Source: Myxococcaceae bacterium (GTDB lineage Bacteria; Myxococcota; UBA727; JABDBI01). Taken from it: DNA of 64,000 nt. The position numbers and the translations under genes were made by a program. A model generated the notes under the pieces. That model was not told the origin of the DNA, ran no database searches, and saw only the letters and a list, made by a program, of their open reading frames with translations. The stretch spans positions 77,893 through 141,892 of the forward strand of contig JAECQY010000003.1 of the NCBI GenBank assembly GCA_016000045.1, in the 5' to 3' direction. This document shows positions 8,320-17,056 of this stretch, one piece after another; position 1 is the stretch's first letter; every line of letters starts with the position of its first letter.

Positions 8320-10683
8320 TCAGCGCACACAACGGACAGAGTAATTAGAGCCTAGGCCAGCGTTGATCACAGCACCTCTGAGGAAATAGACCAACCAGGC
8401 GTACAACGAAGGCGCACACGAATAAGGCGTTGATGTCCAAAATGCAGCCTGAGGTGTGCTCGGAAAAGCCGTCGTATTGATCGTCGGACCCGGGTATGCC
8501 ACGCGAATATCCAGGAGCGTCGACAATTCTTTGACATTGGGAAGGCGCCAGCTCAAACCATCCAGGTTTAAACCCGCACAATAAGCCTGTGCCGAACTCC
8601 AGTTATAGGTTCCGGAAACCGTTCGTTGCCAAATCAAGCCCGTCACGGTGTCCAGAACCTGTGTGTTGTTAAAGGTATAACGATCCACCTGTCGATCCGC
8701 CGATGAGGGTCGCACACAACGGGCAAAGCCACTCGCAGGCACTGAAGAACAACCACCATAACCCTGGCCACAAACAAGGCCAGCATAACCGGCACCGCTA
8801 CCGTAACTCACCCACCAGGCACTGCCCGGGTAACCCTGCAAAGCGTCGAAGGACCAATAGTAACTGCTGGTTTGAGTGCCTGGGAAAAAATCCGGGTCCA
8901 CGCTGGGCCCAGCGCAACTCATCGTATAATCGGCCAAGGTCTGAAGTTCCACATGCGTGGGCAAACGCCAGTCCCCAAATCCAGACTCAAACAAATCTGC
9001 GCAATAAGCTTGGGCAGCCGTCCAATTGCCCACAGGCGCACTCCCTACCTTTTGCCACTGCAAACTGGTCATCTGATCCGTGATAACCCCTGGAACCGAT
9101 TCAAGGTAGCGGCCCGTTTGATTGGCGTTATCTCGATAGACGCCGGTTGTTACTTGCCAATTCGCCCACTCGGCATTGTAAACCTGAGGAGAACACACAC
9201 AACGAACATAGAGCGTATTACTGATGCCATACGTGGCGACACTACCATAACCGAAATTCACATTCCACGCGCGGGACGGGGACGCACACGAATAAGGCGT
9301 CGACGCCCAAAACCCAGTCTGATACGTGCTTGGGAAAACCGTCGTGTTGATGGTCGGACCCGGAGATGCCACGCGAACATCCAGAAGCGTCGATAATTCT
9401 TTGATACTGGGAAGACGCCAGCTCAAACCGTCCAAGTTTAAACCCGCACAATAAGCCTGAGCCGCGCTCCAGTTGTAAGTTCCGGAAACCGTTCGTTGCC
9501 AGTTCAGGCCCGTCACGGTATCCAGAACCTGTGTGTTGTTAAAGGTATAACGACCTACTTCTCGATCTACCGACCAGGGCCGCACACAACGGACAAAGCC
9601 GCTCGCAGGCACTGCAAAACAACCACCGCTATAACCCTGGCTACAAACGAGGCCTGCGTAATAGGCACCGCTGCCGTAACTCACCCACCAAGCACTCCCA
9701 GGGTAACCCTGTACAGCGTCGGAGGACCAATAGTAACTGCTGGTTTGAGTGCTTGGGAAAAAATCCCGATCGACGCTGGGACCAGAACAATCCATCGTAT
9801 AATCCACCAAAGTCTGAAGTTCCACGTGTGTGGGCAAACGCCAGTCTCCAAACCCAGACTCAAACAAATTGGCACAATAGGCCTGGGCAGCCGTCCAATT
9901 GCTAGCAGGTGCACTCCCTACCTTTTGCCACTGCAAACCGGTCATCCGATCCGTGATAACCCATGGAACCGATTCAAAATAGCGGCCCGTTTGATTGGCG
10001 TTATCTCGATAGACGCCGGTTGTCACTTGCCAATTCGCCCACTGGGGGTTCCAAACCACCGGAGCGCTTGGGCTTGTGGTAGGACTTAGAGAGATAGACT
10101 CGGTAGGGCTCAAGGTTTGGCTGAGCGCTGGTCCTGTCTTTGAAACACTCGCAGACACGGTGCACGTTGGCATCCGATCGAACAAACGAACCGCATAAGA
10201 CTCGGAGGATAACGACGTCTTACCCGTCCAATCCGCGTAAAAACTCACCAACAAAATCGCGCTTTCGGTAATTTGATGCTCATATTCCAAAGGAAGTAAG
10301 GAACTTTGTCCGCAACTCTCCGGTCTCCCCAAAGCGATCGTGGAGTTGATCTCGCACAGAACCTGCTCGATTTGAGTGTTCATGAAAATGGAACAATTGG
10401 CCACAAATTGGCCCGTATAATCCGGCATCGCTTGAATCGCCGGAGTTAACTCGGCAAACAAAGCCTTCAATCCGGTCGAAAACAATTGTTTTTGCTGGGC
10501 GGCAGGCAATGTCTGGTTCGAAACGAGCTGCGTTAGTGCCTGATTCGCCACGGTATCCGTTATCTGGCTTTGATTAAGCCAGGCAGCATTGGCGGCTTGT
10601 CCCCAAATCAAGAATGCTAAAAGCCTTGCCGGCCTAAAGCACCGTGCTTGGGTTTTTAGATTCTTCATAAGCCATCTGCGCAT
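8320..10683 (-). CDS. Secreted DUF1566/Lcl-C-terminal-like repeat protein, paralog 3 (N-domain + short linker + modules A-B-A-B)
   Basis: A 787-aa ORF. The N-terminal ~185 aa are nearly identical to paralog 1, and the A+B module pair is duplicated in tandem. The true start is probably at the MKNLKTQ codon (10668). The 5-prime end overlaps the upstream membrane-protein gene. Confidence 0.85.
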   Translation of the reverse strand: MRRWLMKNLKTQARCFRPARLLAFLIWGQAANAAWLNQSQITDTVANQALTQLVSNQTLPAAQQKQLFSTGLKALFAELTPAIQAMPDYTGQFVANCSIFMNTQIEQVLCEINSTIALGRPESCGQSSLLPLEYEHQITESAILLVSFYADWTGKTSLSSESYAVRLFDRMPTCTVSASVSKTGPALSQTLSPTESISLSPTTSPSAPVVWNPQWANWQVTTGVYRDNANQTGRYFESVPWVITDRMTGLQWQKVGSAPASNWTAAQAYCANLFESGFGDWRLPTHVELQTLVDYTMDCSGPSVDRDFFPSTQTSSYYWSSDAVQGYPGSAWWVSYGSGAYYAGLVCSQGYSGGCFAVPASGFVRCVRPWSVDREVGRYTFNNTQVLDTVTGLNWQRTVSGTYNWSAAQAYCAGLNLDGLSWRLPSIKELSTLLDVRVASPGPTINTTVFPSTYQTGFWASTPYSCASPSRAWNVNFGYGSVATYGISNTLYVRCVCSPQVYNAEWANWQVTTGVYRDNANQTGRYLESVPGVITDQMTSLQWQKVGSAPVGNWTAAQAYCADLFESGFGDWRLPTHVELQTLADYTMSCAGPSVDPDFFPGTQTSSYYWSFDALQGYPGSAWWVSYGSGAGYAGLVCGQGYGGCSSVPASGFARCVRPSSADRQVDRYTFNNTQVLDTVTGLIWQRTVSGTYNWSSAQAYCAGLNLDGLSWRLPNVKELSTLLDIRVAYPGPTINTTAFPSTPQAAFWTSTPYSCAPSLYAWLVYFLRGAVINAGLGSNYSVRCVR
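8338..8448 (-). other. Hypervariable VR-like tip of terminal module B, paralog 3
   Basis: Same hand alignment as for 2828-2938. This is the most divergent of the four copies. Confidence 0.55.
9208..9318 (-). other. Hypervariable VR-like tip of internal module B, paralog 3
   Basis: Same hand alignment as for 2828-2938. It ends in VRCVC and reads straight on into the next module A (SPQVYNAEWANWQV). Confidence 0.55.
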
Positions 10684-12067
10684 CTTTCAACACTTCTCCG
10701 AAGCTCTGGAGAGTTGGATTGGACTCGAACAACTCTTCTGCAGTCGTTAATTCGGTTGCTTCTGGGATAAAATCCAAATCTTCAAAATTTAAATCAATGG
10801 GTGTTTGTGCGCGAGTAGAAGGGGCCCAATCGGCCTCTAAAGCAGGTAGGCTTCCCTGCAAGGGGCCTGCCATTTCGGTCAGCAAAATCCCTGCGGCTTC
10901 GCTCGAAGAAGAAGACTTGGCCAAGGCGTTAAGCTTTTTCGAAGGGCGAAAATGCTCGTACCAACTTTTGAAACGCAGCCCAATATCAAATAGAGTCTTC
11001 AGCATCATTGCGTATTCGGTGACTACCACGATGGTTTGAGTAACGCTTTTTATCTTCTGCTGCGTCTCCTCCGATGCCGTGGCAGAAGCAATGGCTTGTG
11101 TGCTGAGAGCTATCGCTTGCAAAGCCGCGACGGCGGCATAAAATCTTTGAGCATGTTGATTTTGATTGGGCCACAACGCGAACTGAGACAATGCGTAAGC
11201 ATCGTAAACAGCCATCCCCGCCCACAACAAATTTCCACAGTCTGCTTGCAACGCCTGATACGATTGAAGAGCTCCGACAGCCATCGAAGTCATAAGCTCA
11301 ATCAAAATATACCATTCTCGATCCTTTCCATAGGTTTCAAACAGCTCGCCATATTTCGCCAGCCAGGCTGAAGATGGGGGCATATCTACCCACTCTTTTT
11401 CATGAGCATCCCAGCGAGCCTTGAAAAATCGAGGATGCAAGGCCACGCCTGCGACACTCGTTCCCATGAAAGACAGAATCAAAGAGCCTGATCCTACACA
11501 GCCTTGAAGAATATTCCCTTGTCGGATCAAGGCAAAAGACGAAGAGGTGGTGGGAGAGATCAAAAACAAAACCGGCAACACCAAACTTCCTGGAAAATGA
11601 GCTCGAGAAGCTCCGAGTTTGTAGGCGACAGCGCTCCAGATTCCCACGGCTCCTGAAAGCAACAGCCAATTTCCGACGACTGCTCCAAGGTGATATTGCA
11701 AGTTACCACTCCCAAGCGATAATTGCGTTGGGCTTTCTGACCACCCTAAAGAACCCGTTTCGGGTGGCAAACTGTCTTCGCAAGACAGCAGGCTAAGCGT
11801 TAAACCGGCTCTGGCATTTTGCGCCACTTGACTCGGGCCCACCGAAGTCACCGTACTTAACAAAGTCGACACGCTGCTGCCTGTTTTTGTGGCTTGCGTC
11901 AAAGCAACCGGCAAAGCAGGCTCTGGAAAAGGGCTCAATTCATCCCAGATCAAGCAAACCCTGGATTCTGGTCGAGGACATGGAAAATCCGTCGCTCCAA
12001 AAACAAGTGCACTCCCAAACACCCAACTGAAGGCAACAATCCGTTTCATACACTCCGAAACCTGCAA
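10634..12067 (-). CDS. Polytopic membrane protein of unknown function (family member 1), co-oriented with and overlapping paralog 3
   Basis: A 477-aa ORF with an N-terminal signal-like segment (start possibly MKRIVAF), several hydrophobic helices and an acidic C-terminus. Clearly paralogous to 63006-64000 (for example SLGSGNLQYHLGAVVGNW versus SLGSTDLHYTNGAVFGNW). I recognise no family. Confidence 0.7.
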   Translation of the reverse strand: MQVSECMKRIVAFSWVFGSALVFGATDFPCPRPESRVCLIWDELSPFPEPALPVALTQATKTGSSVSTLLSTVTSVGPSQVAQNARAGLTLSLLSCEDSLPPETGSLGWSESPTQLSLGSGNLQYHLGAVVGNWLLLSGAVGIWSAVAYKLGASRAHFPGSLVLPVLFLISPTTSSSFALIRQGNILQGCVGSGSLILSFMGTSVAGVALHPRFFKARWDAHEKEWVDMPPSSAWLAKYGELFETYGKDREWYILIELMTSMAVGALQSYQALQADCGNLLWAGMAVYDAYALSQFALWPNQNQHAQRFYAAVAALQAIALSTQAIASATASEETQQKIKSVTQTIVVVTEYAMMLKTLFDIGLRFKSWYEHFRPSKKLNALAKSSSSSEAAGILLTEMAGPLQGSLPALEADWAPSTRAQTPIDLNFEDLDFIPEATELTTAEELFESNPTLQSFGEVLKDAQMAYEESKNPSTVL

Positions 12068-12147
12068 AAAAATAATCGCTATTTTATGCTCAAAAGCAAA
12101 TCTCTAGAACAAGATTCACGATCTTGAAAGATACTTTCTTAAACTTT

Positions 12148-14211
12148 CTAAAAAATATCGCGATCGCCTTTGGCATTCAAAATCGGACCTACAACCCCTT
12201 CTCTTTCCATCTGGTCAACCATCTTCGCGGCACGATTGTAGCCCACACCCATTTGGCGTTGAAGCCAACTGGTGGAACATTTCTGAGTTCGGCGAACGAT
12301 TTCAATCGCTTCTGCATAGCGTTCGTCGTTCGAGTCTGAGCTACCGCTTCCTTCCCCACCCTCTTCTTCGCTTCCGGCCACGATGCTCATGTCGTACTCT
12401 GGCTTAGACTGAAGCTTCCAAAAATCCACCACACGCGAAAGCTCTTTTTCCGATATAAAAGCCCCATGAACTCGAACAAGTTCTGAACTACCCGATGGAA
12501 TCATCAGCATGTCCCCTCTGCCCAAAAGCTTCTCAGCCCCCGATCGATTAATAATCGTTTTTGAGTCTTGAGAAGCCGAAAGCCGGAACCCCATTCGAAC
12601 GGGGAAATTCGCTTTGATCACCCCGGTGATAATATCAACGCTCGGTCGTTGAGTGGCCAGCATGACGTGAATCCCCGCAGCACGAGCTTTTTGGGCCAGT
12701 CGCATCACATAAACTTCAACGTCTTTCCCAGCAACAGCCACTAAGTCCGCATATTCATCAATCACCACCACAATAAAGGGCATGCGATCGGCTAAATCGA
12801 CTTTTTCGTTGTATCCCGCAATGTCTCGGACTCCCACCTCGTTCATCTGCGCGTAGCGCTTATCCATTTCTCGAACAGCCCATTTCAAGGCAAAAGAAGC
12901 TTTCTTGCTATCAATGATCGGCGGCAGCAAAAGATGCGGGATCCCTTCGTAAATGCTTAATTCAAGCATCTTCGGGTCAATCATCAAGAATCGCACTTCT
13001 TGCGGAGTCGCCCGGTAGAGAATGGAACAAATCATCGCGTTCACGCTCACCGATTTCCCGGAACCGGTGGTCCCCGCAATCAACACGTGCGGCATATCCG
13101 CCAAGTTGACAAAAAAGGGCTTGCCTTCGATGCTTTTACCAACAGCCATGCATAACTTGTGCGGCTGTTCTCGATAGCTTGGGTGAGCCACGATCTCTTT
13201 GAGATAAACGGTTTCTCGTTGTTCATTGGGAAGTTCAATCCCAACGGCTCCCTTGCCCGGAATGGGAGCCACAATTCGAACGTGCAAAGCCGTCATGGCC
13301 ATGGCGATATCGTCTGCCAGGGCGGCAATTCGAGAAAGCTTGATTCCAGGCGCTGGAACAAACTCAAAACAAGTCACCACGGGACCTGGGCGAATTTCAC
13401 GCACTTGCCCTTCAATGCCAAATTGACGAAAGGTTTTCTCTAAGCGCTCTGCCTGAGCCTTCATGAGTCGTTCATCGATCTGAATCGGAGGAGGCGCGTC
13501 GTAATCCAACAATCTCAAAGGAGGCAGTTCGAAAGGAACCTCTTGTTCCGCTTGAACAATGTATTCTGGAACTTCCAGTTTGGGCTTTTCGACAACGGGA
13601 ATCGTCCATGGAGCGGGTGGTTCTTTGGCAACCGTGGAGGGTGTTTGTATTTTTAAAACAGAAGTTGTTTCCGTTTTTTTGGGGGATCTCAGCGGCCAAC
13701 GCAGACGAATTGGAACTCCCATCAACAAAACCCCAATGAGACTGAGGCTCATGGAGAAAATCCACATACCGGTTGGATGCAGAAGTGTTGTAAGACCCTG
13801 GTGAATGCTCCAGCCCAATAACCCACCCCAAGGAAAAGAAATGAAGGCATTTCCCTGACCCAATGCTCCCAAAATCGCTGAATTACCAACGAGGAGGCAA
13901 AATGCACCGATTAAAACCGGTGGACGAACGAATCGAGATTGTCTCCAAAAGAAAGAACCGGACAAAAAAACCAGAAAAACCGGCAGGATCCAAGCCAGAA
14001 AACCGAATAAGGTGTAGAGCGCGTTTGACAACAACGCTCCCCCAGGGCCTATCCAGTTCTGGATTCGATAGCCTCCATGCGGGTAGACGAAATTATCCGA
14101 CACATCGAATGAGAGCAACGAGAAGAACACCAGGAGCGCAAAAGCCCCCGAAGCTACCCCCAGCACATCCGGCAATAAAGCGTAATTTTTCTTACTGGGT
14201 TCCATGTTCAA
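12148..14211 (-). CDS. ftsK: DNA translocase FtsK
   Basis: N-terminal TM helices are followed by a motor domain with Walker A GTTGSGKS and a C-terminal winged-helix gamma domain (STSWLQRQMGVGYNRAAKMVDQME). Confidence 0.95.
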   Translation of the reverse strand: MNMEPSKKNYALLPDVLGVASGAFALLVFFSLLSFDVSDNFVYPHGGYRIQNWIGPGGALLSNALYTLFGFLAWILPVFLVFLSGSFFWRQSRFVRPPVLIGAFCLLVGNSAILGALGQGNAFISFPWGGLLGWSIHQGLTTLLHPTGMWIFSMSLSLIGVLLMGVPIRLRWPLRSPKKTETTSVLKIQTPSTVAKEPPAPWTIPVVEKPKLEVPEYIVQAEQEVPFELPPLRLLDYDAPPPIQIDERLMKAQAERLEKTFRQFGIEGQVREIRPGPVVTCFEFVPAPGIKLSRIAALADDIAMAMTALHVRIVAPIPGKGAVGIELPNEQRETVYLKEIVAHPSYREQPHKLCMAVGKSIEGKPFFVNLADMPHVLIAGTTGSGKSVSVNAMICSILYRATPQEVRFLMIDPKMLELSIYEGIPHLLLPPIIDSKKASFALKWAVREMDKRYAQMNEVGVRDIAGYNEKVDLADRMPFIVVVIDEYADLVAVAGKDVEVYVMRLAQKARAAGIHVMLATQRPSVDIITGVIKANFPVRMGFRLSASQDSKTIINRSGAEKLLGRGDMLMIPSGSSELVRVHGAFISEKELSRVVDFWKLQSKPEYDMSIVAGSEEEGGEGSGSSDSNDERYAEAIEIVRRTQKCSTSWLQRQMGVGYNRAAKMVDQMEREGVVGPILNAKGDRDIF

Positions 14212-15469
14212 AAATCTTAGCAGGGTTTAGAATTTGCTCTGGATCAAATACTTTCTTAATCGCTCTTTGCAAATCGATGACGACAGCGGATTGTTCCAAT
14301 GGCAAATACGGCTTTTTCACCAATCCAATCCCATGCTCACCTGAAATAGTTCCATTTAATTCGATGGTTAACTTAAATAGCTCAGAAAGAATGTGAGCTT
14401 GTTTTTCTGGTCCAAGGACAGAATCGCTTAGTATCTGAGCGTGCAGATTGCCCTCTCCCACATGGCCGAAAATCGCTGTTTCAATCCCCCAAGAATCTCC
14501 TAGATGCTTAAAACGCTTTGCAAATTCAGGCAATCGATTCAAGGGTATCGCGATATCTTCCGAGAGTTTATGCGGAGCACGGCGTTGCAAATTCTCACTC
14601 AATTGTCTTCGACGGCTCCAAATGCGCCGCCTGTTCCCTTCATCAAGTGCTATCTCCGATTCAACAACACCTTGAAGATTGCGCCAACTTGCTTCGGGCA
14701 TTTCCGATTCAAGCTCCAGCAATACGCTGGCTTGACCCTCTCCACAAAGCTTATCCGCGAATTCAAATACGCGGGGCAAGATGCCTGTTCTTAAAATTTG
14801 AAAAACCGATTCCATCGCACTCTCATCGCTTTGAAACCAGAGCTGAAGGGTTTGAGCAACCGGGACTTTCGGGATCACTTTCAGAACTATTTCCGTTACC
14901 AGTGCCAAGGTGCCTTCGCTGCCACAGATCAAAGAGACCAAGTCGTAACCGGCAACTCCTTTCAGTGTTTCTTTGCCCAAGCGAACGATTTGCCCATTCG
15001 CCAGCACCACCTCAAGACCGAGTACATAGTCTCGCGTGGGACCGTATTTCAGGGAACTGGGACCGGCTGCATTGGTTGCAACGTTTCCTCCAATGGTACA
15101 ACGGCTCAACGAATTCGGATCGGGAGGATAGAAGAGGCCCTGTTCATCCAAAACCGCTTGAAACTCAGCCAGTACAACTCCCGGTTGAACCCGAGCGGTG
15201 CGGTTGATGGCATCAACGGAAAGAATCCGGTTCATTTTCGAAAAATCCAGGACCAGGCTTGGCCCCACAGGCACACAGCCGCCTGCTTTTCCAGTTCCAG
15301 CCCCTCTGGGAACGACGCACCAGTTATTTTTCCGAGCAGTATCCAAAGCCATGCGTACTTGCTCACTCGTTTCTGGGAAAGCCACGGCACAAGGCAGGCA
15401 AGGCTGAACCCCAGCGGCTTCATCCTGAGCATAACGCTGCAAGAGTTGTGGAGCAGTTTCAAATCTCAT
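14192..15469 (-). CDS. FAD-linked oxidase (GlcD / D-lactate dehydrogenase-like)
   Basis: Shows the FAD_binding_4-type N-terminal region (VVPRGAGTG) and the FAD-oxidase C-terminal region (GTISGEHGIG). Confidence 0.8.
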   Translation of the reverse strand: MRFETAPQLLQRYAQDEAAGVQPCLPCAVAFPETSEQVRMALDTARKNNWCVVPRGAGTGKAGGCVPVGPSLVLDFSKMNRILSVDAINRTARVQPGVVLAEFQAVLDEQGLFYPPDPNSLSRCTIGGNVATNAAGPSSLKYGPTRDYVLGLEVVLANGQIVRLGKETLKGVAGYDLVSLICGSEGTLALVTEIVLKVIPKVPVAQTLQLWFQSDESAMESVFQILRTGILPRVFEFADKLCGEGQASVLLELESEMPEASWRNLQGVVESEIALDEGNRRRIWSRRRQLSENLQRRAPHKLSEDIAIPLNRLPEFAKRFKHLGDSWGIETAIFGHVGEGNLHAQILSDSVLGPEKQAHILSELFKLTIELNGTISGEHGIGLVKKPYLPLEQSAVVIDLQRAIKKVFDPEQILNPAKIFEHGTQ

Positions 15470-15475
15470 GGGTAC

Positions 15476-17056
15476 TTAATCAACGTAAAACTCCGCATAG
15501 CTCACTTGGTGATCCATGAGCTGGATACCTTGCATCTCCAATAAGCGATTGCTGACCGTGCGGGCAAAAGTCTGATCGTGCGTTGCAAACAAAACAGTCC
15601 CTGGGAACGATTTCACCGCATTGTTGAGCGCTGTAATCGATTCCAAATCCAAGTGATTCGTCGGGTCGTCAAAAAGCAAAACATTGGGTCCCAGCAACAT
15701 CATGCGAGCCAATAGACAACGAACCCGCTCTCCTCCGGAAATAACGCCGCATTGCTTCAAGGTTTCTTCGCCGGAGAAAAGCATGCGACCGAGAAAACTA
15801 CGGATAAAATTCTCTGATTTATCTTCGGAATATTGTCGCAGCCAATCGATCAAATTGCTATCCAGCCCTTCAAAGTAAGGATTCTGATCTTTGGGCAAGT
15901 AAGCGGGCGTTACGGTAGAACCCCAACGAATGGTTCCAGAATCCACCGGCAGCTCCCCCATCAATGCCTGGAAAAGCGCTGTCCGGGCCAGCTCGTGATC
16001 ACCAACGACAATCGCTTTATCGCCTTTTTTCAAAGAAAATGAGATATTATCCAGCAATTTTTGACCATTTTTAGTCAAACAAAGGTCTTTGACTTCGAGA
16101 ATAATGTCGCCAGCTTCTCTTTTTTGCTGAAAGAGAATATTCGGCCTCTTTCGACCCGATATCGGCAGATCTTCAATGGTTAATTTCTCAAGCATTTTCC
16201 GCCGAGAGGTCGCCTGTGCCGACTTGGAAGCGTTAGCGCTAAATCGGGCAATGAAGGCTTCGAGTTCTTTGGCTTTTTCTTCTCGTTTCTTATTTTCGCT
16301 GGAACGAAGCTCCAAAGCCAATTGGCTGGACTGCTCCCAGAAATCATAGTTACCCGTGTAAAGTTTGGCTTTCCCATAATCCACGTCAACCGTATGCGTG
16401 CAAATCTTGTTTAAGAAATGCCGATCATGGGAAATCACAATGACGGTGTTTGGGTAGTTTAAAAGGTAGTTTTCAAGCCATCGTATCGACTTATCGTCCA
16501 AATGGTTGGTGGGTTCATCCAAAAGCAAGTTGGTTGGTTTTCCAAACAAGGCCTGAGCTAAGAGAACCTTTACTTTCTGAAGGCCTTTCAAGTCTCGCAT
16601 GGTGGTAGACAACAGGTCTTGCATGATGCCAAGCCCTGCCAACAAAGTTGCGGCATCGGTTTCCGCTTCGTACCCGCCCAGTTCGGCGAATTGATTTTCG
16701 AGCTCACCCGCTCGCTCGCCGTCGGCGTCTGAAAAATCAGGCTTCGCGTACAAAGCGTCTTTCTCTTTCATCAACTTAAAAAGCTTTGTATGGCCCATCA
16801 AAACGGTATCGAGAACCGTATTGTCCTCGTATTGAAAATGATCTTGCTTCAAGACCGACAAGGTATCGTTCGGACTCATCTCAACCGTCCCCGAACTCGC
16901 TTCCTGCTCACCGGCTAAAATTTTCAGAAGAGTCGATTTGCCAGCGCCATTGGCCCCGATGATTCCGTAGCAATTACCGTCCGTAAAAACCAAATTAACG
17001 TCTTCGAATAACTTACGGCTGCCAAAAAACAGTGAAATCTTATGCGTTTTAATCAT
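15476..17056 (-). CDS. ABC-F family ATPase (YbiT-like)
   Basis: Two ABC cassettes (GANGAGKST, and a degenerate second Walker A), two signature/Walker B sets (LLLDEPTNHLD, LLFDDPTNHLD) and no TM domain. Collinear with E. coli YbiT as I recall it. Confidence 0.85.
   Translation of the reverse strand: MIKTHKISLFFGSRKLFEDVNLVFTDGNCYGIIGANGAGKSTLLKILAGEQEASSGTVEMSPNDTLSVLKQDHFQYEDNTVLDTVLMGHTKLFKLMKEKDALYAKPDFSDADGERAGELENQFAELGGYEAETDAATLLAGLGIMQDLLSTTMRDLKGLQKVKVLLAQALFGKPTNLLLDEPTNHLDDKSIRWLENYLLNYPNTVIVISHDRHFLNKICTHTVDVDYGKAKLYTGNYDFWEQSSQLALELRSSENKKREEKAKELEAFIARFSANASKSAQATSRRKMLEKLTIEDLPISGRKRPNILFQQKREAGDIILEVKDLCLTKNGQKLLDNISFSLKKGDKAIVVGDHELARTALFQALMGELPVDSGTIRWGSTVTPAYLPKDQNPYFEGLDSNLIDWLRQYSEDKSENFIRSFLGRMLFSGEETLKQCGVISGGERVRCLLARMMLLGPNVLLFDDPTNHLDLESITALNNAVKSFPGTVLFATHDQTFARTVSNRLLEMQGIQLMDHQVSYAEFYVD

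Noticed and set aside
9208-9318. The internal module-B tip of paralog 3 considered as the template repeat itself.
   Set aside because: It lies in frame inside a coding region. It is not notably richer in adenine at the variable columns (only a few AAT codons). No RT gene is adjacent.
3359-10089. Long plus-strand ORFs (3359-3751, 7025-7393, 8872-9396, 9496-10089) with mutually similar translations (MSAWEKI..AGASAIHRVIDQGLKFHVCGQTPV...).
   Set aside because: They lie exactly antisense to the conserved module A/B DNA of the DUF1566 paralogs. Their similarity to each other mirrors the sense-strand repeats. They have no family resemblance and no start context.
14798-15544. A 248-aa plus-strand ORF, and other 70-230-aa ORFs, opposite the FAD-linked oxidase gene.
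   Set aside because: They are antisense to a well-supported CDS with clear family motifs, and their translations are low-complexity.
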